From the human T2T-CHM13v2.0 reference genome, Homo sapiens, in NCBI RefSeq assembly GCF_009914755.1, contig NC_060946.1: 64,000 bases of DNA; one strand, written 5' to 3'. The translations under genes and the position numbers were made by a program. The notes beneath the pieces are model-generated. The model was not told the origin of the DNA, did no database searches, and worked only from the letters and a program-made list of their open reading frames with translations. Shown piece by piece: positions 11,701-24,200 of the stretch; the first letter of the stretch is position 1; each line of letters starts with the position of its first letter.

Positions 11701-14700
11701 CACCTCTGTTAGCTGAGTTCACACATCCAAACAAGTTTATGAGAATGCTTCTGTCTAGTTTTTATTTGAAGATATTTCCTTTCTCACCATAGACCTGAAA
11801 GCTGTCCTAATGTTCACTTCCAGATACTACAGAAAGAGTGTTTAAAAACTGCTGTACGAAAGGGAATGTTCAACTCTGTGACTTGAATGCACACATCACA
11901 AAGAAGTTTCTGAGGATGCTGCTGTCTACTTTTTATACGTAATCCCGTTTCCAACGAAATCCTCCAAGCTATCCAAATATCCACTTGCAGATTCCACAGA
12001 AAGACTGTTTCAAAACTGCTCTGTCAATAGAAAGGTTCAACTCTGTTAGCTGCGTGCATATATCCCAAAGAAGATTCTGAGATTGCTTCTGTCTAGTTTT
12101 TATGGGAAGATATTTCCCTTTTCACCGTAGGTGTCAAGGCGCTCCAAATGTCCACTTCCAGATACTACAAAAAGAGTGTTTCAAACCTACTCTGTGAAAA
12201 GGAATATTCAACTCTGTGACTTTAATGCACATATCACAAAGAAGTTTCTGAGAATGCTTCTGTCGAGATTTTATATGAAGATATTCCCGTTTCCAACGAA
12301 ATCCTGAAATCTATCCAAATATCCCCTCGCAGATTCTACAAAAAGAGTGTTTCAAAACTGCTCTGTAAAAAGAAAGGTTCAACTCTGTTAGTTGAGTACA
12401 CACATCACAAACAAGTTTCACAGAATGCTTCTTTCTAGCTTGTAGGGGAAGATATTCCCTTTATCACCATGGGCCTCCAACCGTCCGAAACGTCCACTTC
12501 CATATACTACAAAAAGAGCGTTTCAAACCTGCTCTATGAAAGGCAATGTTCAACTCTGTGACTTGAATGCAGACATCACAGAGCAGTTTCTGAGAATGCT
12601 TCTGTCTAGATTTTATAGGAAGATATTCCCGTTTCCAACGAAATCTTCACAGCTATCCAAATATCCACTTGCAGATTCTACAAAAAGAGTGTATCAAAAC
12701 TGCTCTGTCAAAAGGAAGGTTCTTCTCTGTTAGGTGAGTGCATACGTCATAAAGGAGTTTCTGAGAATGTTTCTGTCTAGTGGTTATGGGAAGATATTTG
12801 CTTTTTCACCGTAGGCCTCAGAGCGCTCCAAATATCCACTTGCACATACTACAAAAAGAGTGCCTCAGAGCTGCTCTCTGAAACGGAATGTTCAACTCTA
12901 TGAGTTGAATGCAAACATCACAAAGACGTTTCTGAGAATGCTTCTGTCTAGATTTGATATGAAGATATTCCCGTTTCCAACGAAATCTTCAAATCTATCC
13001 AAATGTCCACTTGCAGATTCAACAAAAAGTGTTTTTCAGAACTGCTCTATCAAAAGAAAGATCCACCTCTGTTAGCTGAGTTCACACATCACAAACAAGT
13101 TTATGAGAATGCTTCTGTCTAGTTTTTATTTGAAGATATTTCCTTTCTCACCATAGACCTGAAAGCTGTCCTAATGTTCACTTCCAGATACTACAGAAAG
13201 AGTGTTTCAAAACTGCTGTACGAAAGGGAATGTTCAACTCTGTGACTTGAATGCACACATCACAAAGAAGTTTCTGAGGATGCTGCTGTCTACTTTTTAT
13301 ACGTAATCCCGTTTCCAACGAAATCCTCCAAGCTATCCAAATATCCACTTGCAGATTCCACAGAAAGACTGTTTCAAAACTGCTCTGTCAATAGAAAGGT
13401 TCAACTCTGTTAGCTGCGTGCATATATCCCGAAGAAGATTCTGAGATTCCTTCTGTCTAGTTTTTATGGGAAGATATTTCCCTTTTCACCGTAGGCGTCA
13501 AGGCGCTCCAAATGTCCACTTCCAGATACTACAAAAAGAGTGTTTCAAACCTACTCTGTGAAAGGGAATATTCAACTCTGTGACTTGAATGCACATATCA
13601 CAAAGAAGTTTCTGAGAATGCTTCTGTCGAGATTTTATATGAAGATATTCCCGTTTCCAACGAAATCCTGAAATCTATCCAAATATCCCCTCGCAGATTC
13701 TACAAAAAGAGTGTTTCAAAACTGTTCTGTAAAAAGAAAGGTTCAACTCTGTTAGTTGAGTACACACATCACAAACAAGTATCACAGAATGCTTCTTTCT
13801 AGCTTGTAGGGGAAGATATTCCCTTTATCACCATGGGCCTCAAACCGTCCGAAACGTCCACTTCCATATACTTCAAAAAGAGCGTTTCAAACCTGCTCTA
13901 TGAAAGGCAATGTTCAACTCTGTGACTTGAATGCAGACATCACAGAGCTGTTTATGAGAATGCTTCTGTCTAGATTTTATAGGATGATATTCCCGTTTCC
14001 AACGAAATCTTCACAGCTATCCAAATATCCACTTGCAGATTCTACAAAAAGAGTGTATCCAAACTGCTCTGGCAAAAGGAAGGTTCTTCTCTGTTAAGTG
14101 AGTGCATACGTCATAAAGGAGTTTCTGAGAATGTTTCTGTCTAGTGGTTATGGGAAGATATTTGCTTTTTCACCGTAGGCCTCAGAGCGCTCCAAATATC
14201 CACTTGCACATACTACAAAAAGAGTGCCTCAAAGCTGCTCTCTGAAATGGAATGTTCAACTCTATGAGTTGAATGCAAACATCACAAAGACGTTTCTGAG
14301 AATGCTTCTGTCTAGATTTGATATGAAGATATTCCCGTTTCCAACGAAATCTTCAAATCTATCCAAATGTCCACTTCTATAATCAACAAAAAGTGTTTTT
14401 CAGAACTGCTCTATCAAAAGAAAGATCCACCTCTGTTAGCTGAGTTCACACATCCAAACAAGTTTATGAGAATGCTTCTGTCTAGTTTTTATTTGAAGAT
14501 ATTTCCTTTCTCACCATAGACCTGAAAGCTGTCCTAATGTTCACTTCCAGATACTACAGAAAGAGTGTTTCAAAACTGCTGTACGAAAGGGAATGTTCAA
14601 CTCTGTGACTTGAATGCACACATCACAAAGAAGTTTCTGAGGATGCTGCTGTCTACTTTTTATACGTAATCCCGTTTCCAACGAAATCCTCCAAGCTATC

Positions 14701-15264
14701 CAAATATCCACTTGCAGATTCCACAGAAAGACTGTTTCAAAACTGCTCTGTCAATAGAAAGGTTCAACTCTGTTAGCTGCGTGCATATATCCCAAAGAAG
14801 ATTCTGAGATTGCTTCTGTCTAGTTTTTATGGGAAGATATTTCCCTTTTCACCGTAGGTGTCAAGGCGCTCCAAATGTCCACTTCCAGATACTACAAAAA
14901 GAGTGTTTCAAACCTACTCTGTGAAAAGGAATATTCAACTCTGTGACTTTAATGCACATATCACAAAGAAGTTTCTGAGAATGCTTCTGTCGAGATTTTA
15001 TATGAAGATATTCCCGTTTCCAACGAAATCCTGAAATCTATCCAAATATCCCCTCGCAGATTCTACAAAAAGAGTGTTTCAAAACTGCTCTGTAAAAAGA
15101 AAGGTTCAACTCTGTTAGTTGAGTACACACATCACAAACAAGTTTCACAGAATGCTTCTTTCTAGCTTGTAGGGGAAGATATTCCCTTTATCACCATGGG
15201 CCTCCAACCGTCCGAAACGTCCACTTCCATATACTACAAAAAGAGCGTTTCAAACCTGCTCTAT

Positions 15265-18200
15265 GAAAGGCAATGTTCAACTCTGTGACTTGAATGCAGA
15301 CATCACAGAGCAGTTTCTGAGAATGCTTCTGTCTAGATTTTATAGGAAGATATTCCCGTTTCCAACGAAATCTTCACAGCTATCCAAATATCCACTTGCA
15401 GATTCTACAAAAAGAGTGTATCAAAACTGCTCTGTCAAAAGGAAGGTTCTTCTCTGTTAGGTGAGTGCATACGTCATAAAGGAGTTTCTGAGAATGTTTC
15501 TGTCTAGTGGTTATGGGAAGATATTTGCTTTTTCACCGTAGGCCTCAGAGCGCTCCAAATATCCACTTGCACATACTACAAAAAGAGTGCCTCAGAGCTG
15601 CTCTCTGAAACGGAATGTTCAACTCTATGAGTTGAATGCAAACATCACAAAGACGTTTCTGAGAATGCTTCTGTCTAGATTTGATATGAAGATATTCCCG
15701 TTTCCAACGAAATCTTCAAATCTATCCAAATGTCCACTTGCAGATTCAACAAAAAGTGTTTTTCAGAACTGCTCTATCAAAAGAAAGATCCACCTCTGTT
15801 AGCTGAGTTCACACATCACAAACAAGTTTATGAGAATGCTTCTGTCTAGTTTTTATTTGAAGATATTTCCTTTCTCACCATAGACCTGAAAGCTGTCCTA
15901 ATGTTCACTTCCAGATACTACAGAAAGAGTGTTTCAAAACTGCTGTACGAAAGGGAATGTTCAACTCTGTGACTTGAATGCACACATCACAAAGAAGTTT
16001 CTGAGGATGCTGCTGTCTACTTTTTATACGTAATCCCGTTTCCAACGAAATCCTCCAAGCTATCCAAATATCCACTTGCAGATTCCACAGAAAGACTGTT
16101 TCAAAACTGCTCTGTCAATAGAAAGGTTCAACTCTGTTAGCTGCGTGCATATATCCCGAAGAAGATTCTGAGATTCCTTCTGTCTAGTTTTTATGGGAAG
16201 ATATTTCCCTTTTCACCGTAGGCGTCAAGGCGCTCCAAATGTCCACTTCCAGATACTACAAAAAGAGTGTTTCAAACCTACTCTGTGAAAGGGAATATTC
16301 AACTCTGTGACTTGAATGCACATATCACAAAGAAGTTTCTGAGAATGCTTCTGTCGAGATTTTATATGAAGATATTCCCGTTTCCAACGAAATCCTGAAA
16401 TCTATCCAAATATCCCCTCGCAGATTCTACAAAAAGAGTGTTTCAAAACTGTTCTGTAAAAAGAAAGGTTCAACTCTGTTAGTTGAGTACACACATCACA
16501 AACAAGTATCACAGAATGCTTCTTTCTAGCTTGTAGGGGAAGATATTCCCTTTATCACCATGGGCCTCAAACCGTCCGAAACGTCCACTTCCATATACTT
16601 CAAAAAGAGCGTTTCAAACCTGCTCTATGAAAGGCAATGTTCAACTCTGTGACTTGAATGCAGACATCACAGAGCTGTTTATGAGAATGCTTCTGTCTAG
16701 ATTTTATAGGATGATATTCCCGTTTCCAACGAAATCTTCACAGCTATCCAAATATCCACTTGCAGATTCTACAAAAAGAGTGTATCCAAACTGCTCTGGC
16801 AAAAGGAAGGTTCTTCTCTGTTAAGTGAGTGCATACGTCATAAAGGAGTTTCTGAGAATGTTTCTGTCTAGTGGTTATGGGAAGATATTTGCTTTTTCAC
16901 CGTAGGCCTCAGAGCGCTCCAAATATCCACTTGCACATACTACAAAAAGAGTGCCTCAAAGCTGCTCTCTGAAATGGAATGTTCAACTCTATGAGTTGAA
17001 TGCAAACATCACAAAGACGTTTCTGAGAATGCTTCTGTCTAGATTTGATATGAAGATATTCCCGTTTCCAACGAAATCTTCAAATCTATCCAAATGTCCA
17101 CTTCTATAATCAACAAAAAGTGTTTTTCAGAACTGCTCTATCAAAAGAAAGATCCACCTCTGTTAGCTGAGTTCACACATCCAAACAAGTTTATGAGAAT
17201 GCTTCTGTCTAGTTTTTATTTGAAGATATTTCCTTTCTCACCATAGACCTGAAAGCTGTCCTAATGTTCACTTCCAGATACTACAGAAAGAGTGTTTAAA
17301 AACTGCTGTACGAAAGGGAATGTTCAACTCTGTGACTTGAATGCACACATCACAAAGAAGTTTCTGAGGATGCTGCTGTCTACTTTTTATACGTAATCCC
17401 GTTTCCAACGAAATCCTCCAAGCTATCCAAATATCCACTTGCAGATTCCACAGAAAGACTGTTTCAAAACTGCTCTGTCAATAGAAAGGTTCAACTCTGT
17501 TAGCTGCGTGCATATATCCCAAAGAAGATTCTGAGATTGCTTCTGTCTAGTTTTTATGGGAAGATATTTCCCTTTTCACCGTAGGTGTCAAGGCGCTCCA
17601 AATGTCCACTTCCAGATACTACAAAAAGAGTGTTTCAAACCTACTCTGTGAAAAGGAATATTCAACTCTGTGACTTTAATGCACATATCACAAAGAAGTT
17701 TCTGAGAATGCTTCTGTCGAGATTTTATATGAAGATATTCCCGTTTCCAACGAAATCCTGAAATCTATCCAAATATCCCCTCGCAGATTCTACAAAAAGA
17801 GTGTTTCAAAACTGCTCTGTAAAAAGAAAGGTTCAACTCTGTTAGTTGAGTACACACATCACAAACAAGTTTCACAGAATGCTTCTTTCTAGCTTGTAGG
17901 GGAAGATATTCCCTTTATCACCATGGGCCTCCAACCGTCCGAAACGTCCACTTCCATATACTACAAAAAGAGCGTTTCAAACCTGCTCTATGAAAGGCAA
18001 TGTTCAACTCTGTGACTTGAATGCAGACATCACAGAGCAGTTTCTGAGAATGCTTCTGTCTAGATTTTATAGGAAGATATTCCCGTTTCCAACGAAATCT
18101 TCACAGCTATCCAAATATCCACTTGCAGATTCTACAAAAAGAGTGTATCAAAACTGCTCTGTCAAAAGGAAGGTTCTTCTCTGTTAGGTGAGTGCATACG

Positions 18201-21200
18201 TCATAAAGGAGTTTCTGAGAATGTTTCTGTCTAGTGGTTATGGGAAGATATTTGCTTTTTCACCGTAGGCCTCAGAGCGCTCCAAATATCCACTTGCACA
18301 TACTACAAAAAGAGTGCCTCAAAGCTGCTCTTTGAAACGGAATGTTCAACTCTATGAGTTGAATGCAAACATCACAAAGACGTTTCTGAGAATGCTTCTG
18401 TCTAGATTTGATATGAAGATATTCCCGTTTCCAACGAAATCTTCAAATCTATCCAAATGTCCACTTGCAGATTCAACAAAAAGTGGTTTTCAGAACTGCT
18501 CTATCAAAAGAAAGATCCACATCTGTTAGCTGAGTTCACACATCACAAACAAGTTTATGAGAATGCTTCTGTCTAGTTTTTATTTGAAGATATTTCCTTT
18601 CTCACCATAGACCTGAAAGCTGTCCTAATGTTCACTTCCAGATACTACAGAAAGAGTGTTTCAAAACTGCTGTATGAAAGGGAATGTTCAACTCTGTGAC
18701 TTGAATGCACACATCACAAAGAAGTTTCTGAGGATGCTGCTGTCTACTTTTTATATGTAATCCCGTTTCCAACGAAATCCTCCAAGCTATCCAAATATCC
18801 ACTTGCAGATTCCACAGAAAGACTGTTTCAAAACTGCTCTGTCAATAGAAAGGTTCAACTCTGTTAGCTGCGTGCATATATCCCAAAGAAGATTCTGAGA
18901 TTGCTTCTGTCTAGTTTTTATGGGAAGATATTTCCCTTTTCACCGTAGGCGTCAAGGCGCTCCAAATGTCCACTTCCAGATACTACAAAAAGAGTGTTTC
19001 AAACCTACTCTGTGAAAGGGAATATTCAACTCTGTGACTTGAATGCACATATCACAAAGAAGTTTCTGATAATGCTTCTGTCGAGATTTTATATGAAGAT
19101 ATTCCCGTTTCCAACGAAATCCTGAAATCTATCCAAATATCCCCTCGCAGATTCTACAAAAAGAGTGTTTCAAAACTGCTCTGTAAAAAGAAAGGTTCAA
19201 CTCTGTTAGTTGAGTACACACATCACAAACAAGTTTCACAGAATGCTTCTTTCTAGCTTGTAGGGGAAGATATTCCCTTTATCACCATGGGCCTCCAACC
19301 GTCCGAAACGTCCACTTCCATATACTACAAAAAGAGCGTTTCAAACCTGCTCTAGGAAAGGCAATGTTCAACTCTGTGACTTGAATGCAGACATCACAGA
19401 GCAGTTTCTGAGAATGCTTCTGTCTAGATTTTATAGGAAGATATTCCCGTTTCCAACGAAATCTTCACAGCTATCCAAATATCCACTTGCAGATTCTACA
19501 AAAAGAGTGTATCAAAACTGCTCTGTCAAAAGGAAGGTTCTTCTCTGTTAGGTGAGTGCATACGTCATAAAGGAGTTTCTGAGAATGTTTCTGTCTAGTG
19601 GTTATGGGAAGATATTTGCTTTTTCACCGTAGGCCTCAGAGCGCTCCAAATATCCACTTGCACATACTACAAAAAGAGTGCCTCAGAGCTGCTCTCTGAA
19701 ACGGAATGTTCAACTCTATGAGTTGAATGCAAACATCACAAAGACGTTTCTGAGAATGCTTCTGTCTAGATTTGATATGAAGATATTCCCGTTTCCAACG
19801 AAATCTTCAAATCTATCCAAATGTCCACTTGCAGATTCAACAAAAAGTGTTTTTCAGAACTGCTCTATCAAAAGAAAGATCCACCTCTGTTAGCTGAGTT
19901 CACACATCACAAACAAGTTTATGAGAATGCTTCTGTCTAGTTTTTATTTGAAGATATTTCCTTTCTCACCATAGACCTGAAAGCTGTCCTAATGTTCACT
20001 TCCAGATACTACAGAAAGAGTGTTTCAAAACTGCTGTACGAAAGGGAATGTTCAACTCTGTGACTTGAATGCACACATCACAAAGAAGTTTCTGAGGATG
20101 CTGCTGTCTACTTTTTATACGTAATCCCGTTTCCAACGAAATCCTCCAAGCTATCCAAATATCCACTTGCAGATTCCACAGAAAGACTGTTTCAAAACTG
20201 CTCTGTCAATAGAAAGGTTCAACTCTGTTAGCTGCGTGCATATATCCCAAAGAAGATTCTGAGATTCCTTCTGTCTAGTTTTTATGGGAAGATATTTCCC
20301 TTTTCACCGTAGGCGTCAAGGCGCTCCAAATGTCCACTTCCAGATACTACAAAAAGAGTGTTTCAAACCTACTCTGTGAAAGGGAATATTCAACTCTGTG
20401 ACTTGAATGCACATATCACAAAGAAGTTTCTGAGAATGCTTCTGTCGAGATTTTATATGAAGATATTCCCGTTTCCAACGAAATCCTGAAATCTATCCAA
20501 ATATCCCCTCGCAGATTCTACAAAAAGAGTGTTTCAAAACTGCTCTGTAAAAAGAAAGGTTCAACTCTGTTAGTTGAGTACACACATCACAAACAAGTTT
20601 CACAGAATGCTTCTTTCTAGCTTGTAGGGGAAGATATTCCCTTTATCACCATGGTCCTCAAACCGTCCGAAACGTCCACTTCCATATACTACAAAAAGAG
20701 CGTTTCAAACCTGCTCTAGGAAAGGCAATGTTCAACTCTGTGACTTGAATGCAGACATCACAGAGCAGTTTCTGAGAATGCTTCTGTCTAGATTTTATAG
20801 GAAGATATTCCCGTTTCCAACGAAATCTTCACAGCTATCCAAATATCCACTTGCAGATTCTACAAAAAGAGTGTATCAAAACTGCTCTGTCAAAAGGAAG
20901 GTTCTTCTCTGTTAGGTGAGTGCATACGTCATAAAGGAGTTTCTGAGAATGTTTCTGTCTAGTGGTTATGGGAAGATATTTGCTTTTTCACCGTAGGCCT
21001 CAGAGCGCTCCAAATATCCACTTGCACATACTACAAAAAGAGTGCCTCAAAGCTGCTCTCTGAAACGGAATGTTCAACTCTATGAGTTGAATGCAAACAT
21101 CACAAAGACGTTTCTGAGAATGCTTCTGTCTAGATTTGATATGAAGATATTCCCGTTTCCAACGAAATCTTCAAATCTATCCAAATGTCCACTTGCAGAT

Positions 21201-24200
21201 TCAACAAAAAGTGTTTTTCAGAACTGCTGTATCAAAAGAAAGATCCACGTCTGTTAGCTGAGTTCACACATCACAAACAAGTTTATGAGAATGCTTCTGT
21301 CTAGTTTTTATTTGAAGATATTTCCTTTCTCACCATAGACCTGAAAGCTGTCCTAATGTTCACTTCCAGATACTACAGAAAGAGTGTTTCAAAACTGCTG
21401 TACGAAAGGGAATGTTCAACTCTGTGACTTGAATGCACACATCACAAAGAAGTTTCTGAGGATGCTGCTGTCTACTTTTTATATGTAATCCCGTTTCCAA
21501 CGAAATCCTCCAAGCTATCCAAATATCCACTTGCAGATTCCACAGAAAGACTGTTTCAAAACTGCTCTGTCAATAGAAAGGTTCAACTCTGTTAGCTGCG
21601 TGCATATATCCCAAAGAAGATTCTGAGATTGCTTCTGTCTAGTTTTTATGGGAAGATATTTCCCTTTTCACCGTAGGCGTCAAGGCGCTCCAAATGTCCA
21701 CTTCCAGATACTACAAAAAGAGTATTTCAAACCTACTCTGTGAAAGGGAATATTCAACTCTGTGACTTGAATGCACATATCACAAAGAAGTTTCTGATAA
21801 TGCTTCTGTCGAGATTTTATATGAAGATATTCCCGTTTCCAACGAAATCCTGAAATCTATCCAAATATCCCCTCGCAGATTCTACAAAAAGAGTGTTTCA
21901 AAACTGCTCTGTAAAAAGAAAGGTTCAACTCTGTTAGTTGAGTACACACATCACAAACAAGTTTCACAGAATGCTTCTTTCTAGCTTGTAGGGGAAGATA
22001 TTCCCTTTATCACCATGGGCCTCCAACCGTCCGAAACGTCCACTTCCATATACTACAAAAAGAGCGTTTCAAACCTGCTCTAGGAAAGGCAATGTTCAAC
22101 TCTGTGACTTGAATGCAGACATCACAGAGCAGTTTCTGAGAATGCTTCTGTCTAGATTTTATAGGAAGATATTCCCGTTTCCAACGAAATCTTCACAGCT
22201 ATCCAAATATCCACTTGCAGATTCTACAAAAAGAGTGTATCAAAACTGCTCTGTCAAAAGGAAGGTTCTTCTCTGTTAGGTGAGTGCATACGTCATAAAG
22301 GAGTTTCTGAGAATGTTTCTGTCTAGTGGTTATGGGAAGATATTTGCTTTTTCACCGTAGGCCTCAGAGCGCTCCAAATATCCACTTGCACATACTACAA
22401 AAAGAGTGCCTCAGAGCTGCTCTCTGAAACGGAATGTTCAACTCTATGAGTTGAATGCAAACATCACAAAGACGTTTCTGAGAATGCTTCTGTCTAGATT
22501 TGATATGAAGATATTCCCGTTTCCAACGAAATCTTCAAATCTATCCAAATGTCCACTTGCAGATTCAACAAAAAGTGTTTTTCAGAACTGCTCTATCAAA
22601 AGAAAGATCCACCTCTGTTAGCTGAGTTCACACATCACAAACAAGTTTATGAGAATGCTTCTGTCTAGTTTTTATTTGAAGATATTTCCTTTCTCACCAT
22701 AGACCTGAAAGCTGTCCTAATGTTCACTTCCAGATACTACAGAAAGAGTGTTTCAAAACTGCTGTACGAAAGGGAATGTTCAACTCTGTGACTTGAATGC
22801 ACACATCACAAAGAAGTTTCTGAGGATGCTGCTGTCTACTTTTTATACGTAATCCCGTTTCCAACGAAATCCTCCAAGCTATCCAAATATCCACTTGCAG
22901 ATTCCACAGAAAGACTGTTTCAAAACTGCTCTGTCAATAGAAAGGTTCAACTCTGTTAGCTGCGTGCATATATCCCAAAGAAGATTCTGAGATTCCTTCT
23001 GTCTAGTTTTTATGGGAAGATATTTCCCTTTTCACCGTAGGCGTCAAGGCGCTCCAAATGTCCACTTCCAGATACTACAAAAAGAGTGTTTCAAACCTAC
23101 TCTGTGAAAGGGAATATTCAACTCTGTGACTTGAATGCACATATCACAAAGAAGTTTCTGAGAATGCTTCTGTCGAGATTTTATATGAAGATATTCCCGT
23201 TTCCAACGAAATCCTGAAATCTATCCAAATATCCCCTCGCAGATTCTACAAAAAGAGTGTTTCAAAACTGCTCTGTAAAAAGAAAGGTTCAACTCTGTTA
23301 GTTGAGTACACACATCACAAACAAGTTTCACAGAATGCTTCTTTCTAGCTTGTAGGGGAAGATATTCCCTTTATCACCATGGTCCTCAAACCGTCCGAAA
23401 CGTCCACTTCCATATACTACAAAAAGAGCGTTTCAAACCTGCTCTAGGAAAGGCAATGTTCAACTCTGTGACTTGAATGCAGACATCACAGAGCAGTTTC
23501 TGAGAATGCTTCTGTCTAGATTTTATAGGAAGATATTCCCGTTTCCAACGAAATCTTCACAGCTATCCAAATATCCACTTGCAGATTCTACAAAAAGAGT
23601 GTATCAAAACTGCTCTGTCAAAAGGAAGGTTCTTCTCTGTTAGGTGAGTGCATACGTCATAAAGGAGTTTCTGAGAATGTTTCTGTCTAGTGGTTATGGG
23701 AAGATATTTGCTTTTTCACCGTAGGCCTCAGAGCGCTCCAAATATCCACTTGCACATACTACAAAAAGAGTGCCTCAAAGCTGCTCTCTGAAACGGAATG
23801 TTCAACTCTATGAGTTGAATGCAAACATCACAAAGACGTTTCTGAGAATGCTTCTGTCTAGATTTGATATGAAGATATTCCCGTTTCCAACGAAATCTTC
23901 AAATCTATCCAAATGTCCACTTGCAGATTCAACAAAAAGTGTTTTTCAGAACTGCTGTATCAAAAGAAAGATCCACGTCTGTTAGCTGAGTTCACACATC
24001 ACAAACAAGTTTATGAGAATGCTTCTGTCTAGTTTTTATTTGAAGATATTTCCTTTCTCACCATAGACCTGAAAGCTGTCCTAATGTTCACTTCCAGATA
24101 CTACAGAAAGAGTGTTTCAAAACTGCTGTACGAAAGGGAATTTTCAACTCTGTGACTTGAATGCACACATCACAAAGAAGTTTCTGAGGATGCTGCTGTC

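Larger units (their letters stand above)
1..17725 (-). repeat. Tandem 2727-bp super-repeat of alternating HOR haplotypes A (1363 bp) and B (1364 bp), 6.5 copies
   Basis: A units start at 1, 2728, 5455, 8182, 10909, 13636, 16363. B units start at 1364, 4091, 6818, 9545, 12272, 14999. The ELFMRM ORF variant recurs every 2727 bp (265, 2992, 5719, 8446, 11173, 13900, 16627). The left end is cut by the window. Confidence 0.95.

Noticed and set aside
1-17725. Assigning the array to a true 16-mer HOR family such as chr20 D20Z2
   Set aside because: The two halves differ by only about 1.5% and the alternation stops after about 17.7 kb, so the basic unit is the 8-mer. A formal HMM classification (e.g. 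HumAS-HMMER) is still needed.
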